In this document: positions 62,688 through 64,000 of the stretch, piece after piece | How positions within the stretch are numbered: the first letter of the stretch is position 1 | How the letters are laid out: every line of letters starts with the position of its first letter | Source: a virus | Length of the DNA: 64,000 nucleotides | IMG/VR virus record: IMGVR_UViG_3300030616_000001 | Coordinates: 30,959 to 94,958 of that record | Strand: one strand, 5' to 3' | Notes under the pieces: model-generated | The model's database searches: none | What the model saw: only the letters and a program-made list of their open reading frames with translations | What the model was told of the DNA's origin: nothing | Position numbers and translations under genes: made by a program

Positions 62688-63998
62688 CTAATCCTTGAAC
62701 AGCGACGGACCGGGCACGGCATTGATGGCGCCAGCCGCGTTGTTCCACCCGTAGAGGGTGAAGAGAAATCCGTCGTGGTAGAGCATCCGTCCAACGAACA
62801 AACCCGTCGGCAAAAGCTGGTCGTAGTCTTCCCTGCTGACGAAGTGCCTGATCCCAGGAATGAACGGAACACCGGTCGTCGCCGGCGTCGCCATCTCGAC
62901 GAACTGATCGCCGTAGAAGCTGGCGACGTACATGCGTCGCGCAGGGGTGCCAGGCATCGCAACGGACGGGTCGTGAACGAGGCCGAGCCACATCTTCCTG
63001 CCGTCGTGGCAAATCGCGGCCGCGTTGTTCGAGATGTCCGCGTTGGCGAGGGCAGCCATGTCGCCGTGTCCGCGGTTGGCCTGAAGTGCTGCCGAGGGTT
63101 CCCACATGAACAGAGAACCTGTGCTTGCTGTCTCGTCTACTACGCACCAGACACGACGACCATCGCAGGCGAAAGCTACCGGAGCACCCGACCCTGCGCT
63201 GGGGGTATACGGCCCGTCCGAGCCAGCTCCGCAGGTGACCACGCTCGCGCTACAGATTTGCGTCGTACCGCCGGTGACGCCGAACATGATCTCGTCTGCG
63301 AATTCGTTGTACACGAGGTCGGTGACGAACTCGTTGAGGCCGACGGCATTACCGATCCCTGTGGCGATAGCTCCACCTGTGCGCGGCACACTCCCGAGGA
63401 ACTGTCCACCTGAAAGCTGCTCGCCGCCGAAGCACATGATGAGGTAGTTGGAACGCGCGAGCTTGATCTTCGAGAAATAGTGCGTGGAGCCACCCGGTCC
63501 GCAGCTCGCCGCGACCGTTGACTGCCACTGCTTCGTCCACGTTGCGAGATCGAAGCAGTAGACGGTGGTGTTCACGTTGCCCGCGTCGCTGCACATGAGG
63601 TAGAAGAACGCCTCGTCCGCGACACAGCTCAACGGCTGGTCACCGACTGTCATCTGCGGACTCAGATCGTGCAACGTGAACAGGGTATCCGGCGGGATGC
63701 GCCGGAAAAACGTCTCAATCACAATCTGCGATGCTGACTGAATTCCGGTCAGCGTAGGCTCCCAAACGGTCCCTCCCTCCGCAGTCAGCGGACGCGCTGT
63801 TCTCGCGAAGTCCGTGTACGCACCAGAGAGGACCACGCCAGGGAGATCCATGTCCTGAGAGGCATCTCGATTAAGGACGTCCTGATACGTGACTTGCGGC
63901 AGGTAGTTTCCGCCGAGCACACCGCTGACGTGAAGGCCGTTGTGGAGACAGAGCGGCTTGATGTCGTGGTACCACCGCTGGCTGACCAGCTCGGACGA
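62688..63998 (-). CDS. C-terminal part of a tail fibre/receptor-binding protein (beta-propeller-like), 5'-truncated by the window
   Basis: Frame open to the window end; repeated D-G-x-x-V/M-W blade-like motifs; more A/T at third codon positions. Confidence 0.65.
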   Translation of the reverse strand, partial: SSELVSQRWYHDIKPLCLHNGLHVSGVLGGNYLPQVTYQDVLNRDASQDMDLPGVVLSGAYTDFARTARPLTAEGGTVWEPTLTGIQSASQIVIETFFRRIPPDTLFTLHDLSPQMTVGDQPLSCVADEAFFYLMCSDAGNVNTTVYCFDLATWTKQWQSTVAASCGPGGSTHYFSKIKLARSNYLIMCFGGEQLSGGQFLGSVPRTGGAIATGIGNAVGLNEFVTDLVYNEFADEIMFGVTGGTTQICSASVVTCGAGSDGPYTPSAGSGAPVAFACDGRRVWCVVDETASTGSLFMWEPSAALQANRGHGDMAALANADISNNAAAICHDGRKMWLGLVHDPSVAMPGTPARRMYVASFYGDQFVEMATPATTGVPFIPGIRHFVSREDYDQLLPTGLFVGRMLYHDGFLFTLYGWNNAAGAINAVPGPSLFKD

Positions 63999-64000
63999 TG

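Larger units (their letters stand above)
1..64000 (-). mobile_element. Tailed bacteriophage genome segment (phage or prophage; no host genes or integrase seen)
   Basis: TerL, portal, MuF, DnaB, RecT/YqaJ, SSB, RuvC, endolysin and fibres, all co-oriented on the minus strand with frequent ATGA/TGATG overlaps. Confidence 0.97.

Noticed and set aside
1-64000. Stop-codon recoding
   Set aside because: Conserved genes are intact in the standard code and use TAG, TGA and TAA as stops

Overview
The whole window is part of a large, GC-rich tailed dsDNA phage genome (Caudoviricetes) with essentially all genes on the minus strand. The host is probably Myxococcota/Deltaproteobacteria-like, inferred from a DTDAD-repeat DUF1566 lipoprotein and a Gly-rich SSB tail. 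Reading the minus strand from 64000 down: end of the tail/fibre region (64000-59273); early region with three strong 16-bp-spacer promoters (HNH, small hypotheticals, DUF6744-like, MoxR/VWA pair); recombination/replication (XRE HTH, Cas4/AddB-like nuclease, YqaJ, RecT, initiator with iteron-like repeats, DnaB); two peptidoglycan hydrolases and a holin/spanin-like cassette; many small middle genes (SSB, DNA MTase, ASCH, RuvC, TOPRIM); then a late operon in which a complete 7-deazaguanine DNA-modification cluster (queD-folE-queC-queE-dpdA-parB) sits between putative terS and terL, followed by portal, a fibre-like protein, a MuF protein with a C-terminal HExxH domain and a scaffold-like protein. 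The most novel-looking signals are: (1) a ~75-nt promoter-to-terminator sRNA (33181-33255) whose single-stranded linker is complementary to the SD+spacer of several phage genes; (2) covarying UGGGC-loop hairpins in front of early-gene RBSs; (3) a dispersed family of fibre-like proteins with shared N-/C-terminal modules; (4) repeated operator-like palindromes. All family assignments come from motif recognition by eye, not database searches, and many start codons were re-picked from RBS and gene-overlap evidence.
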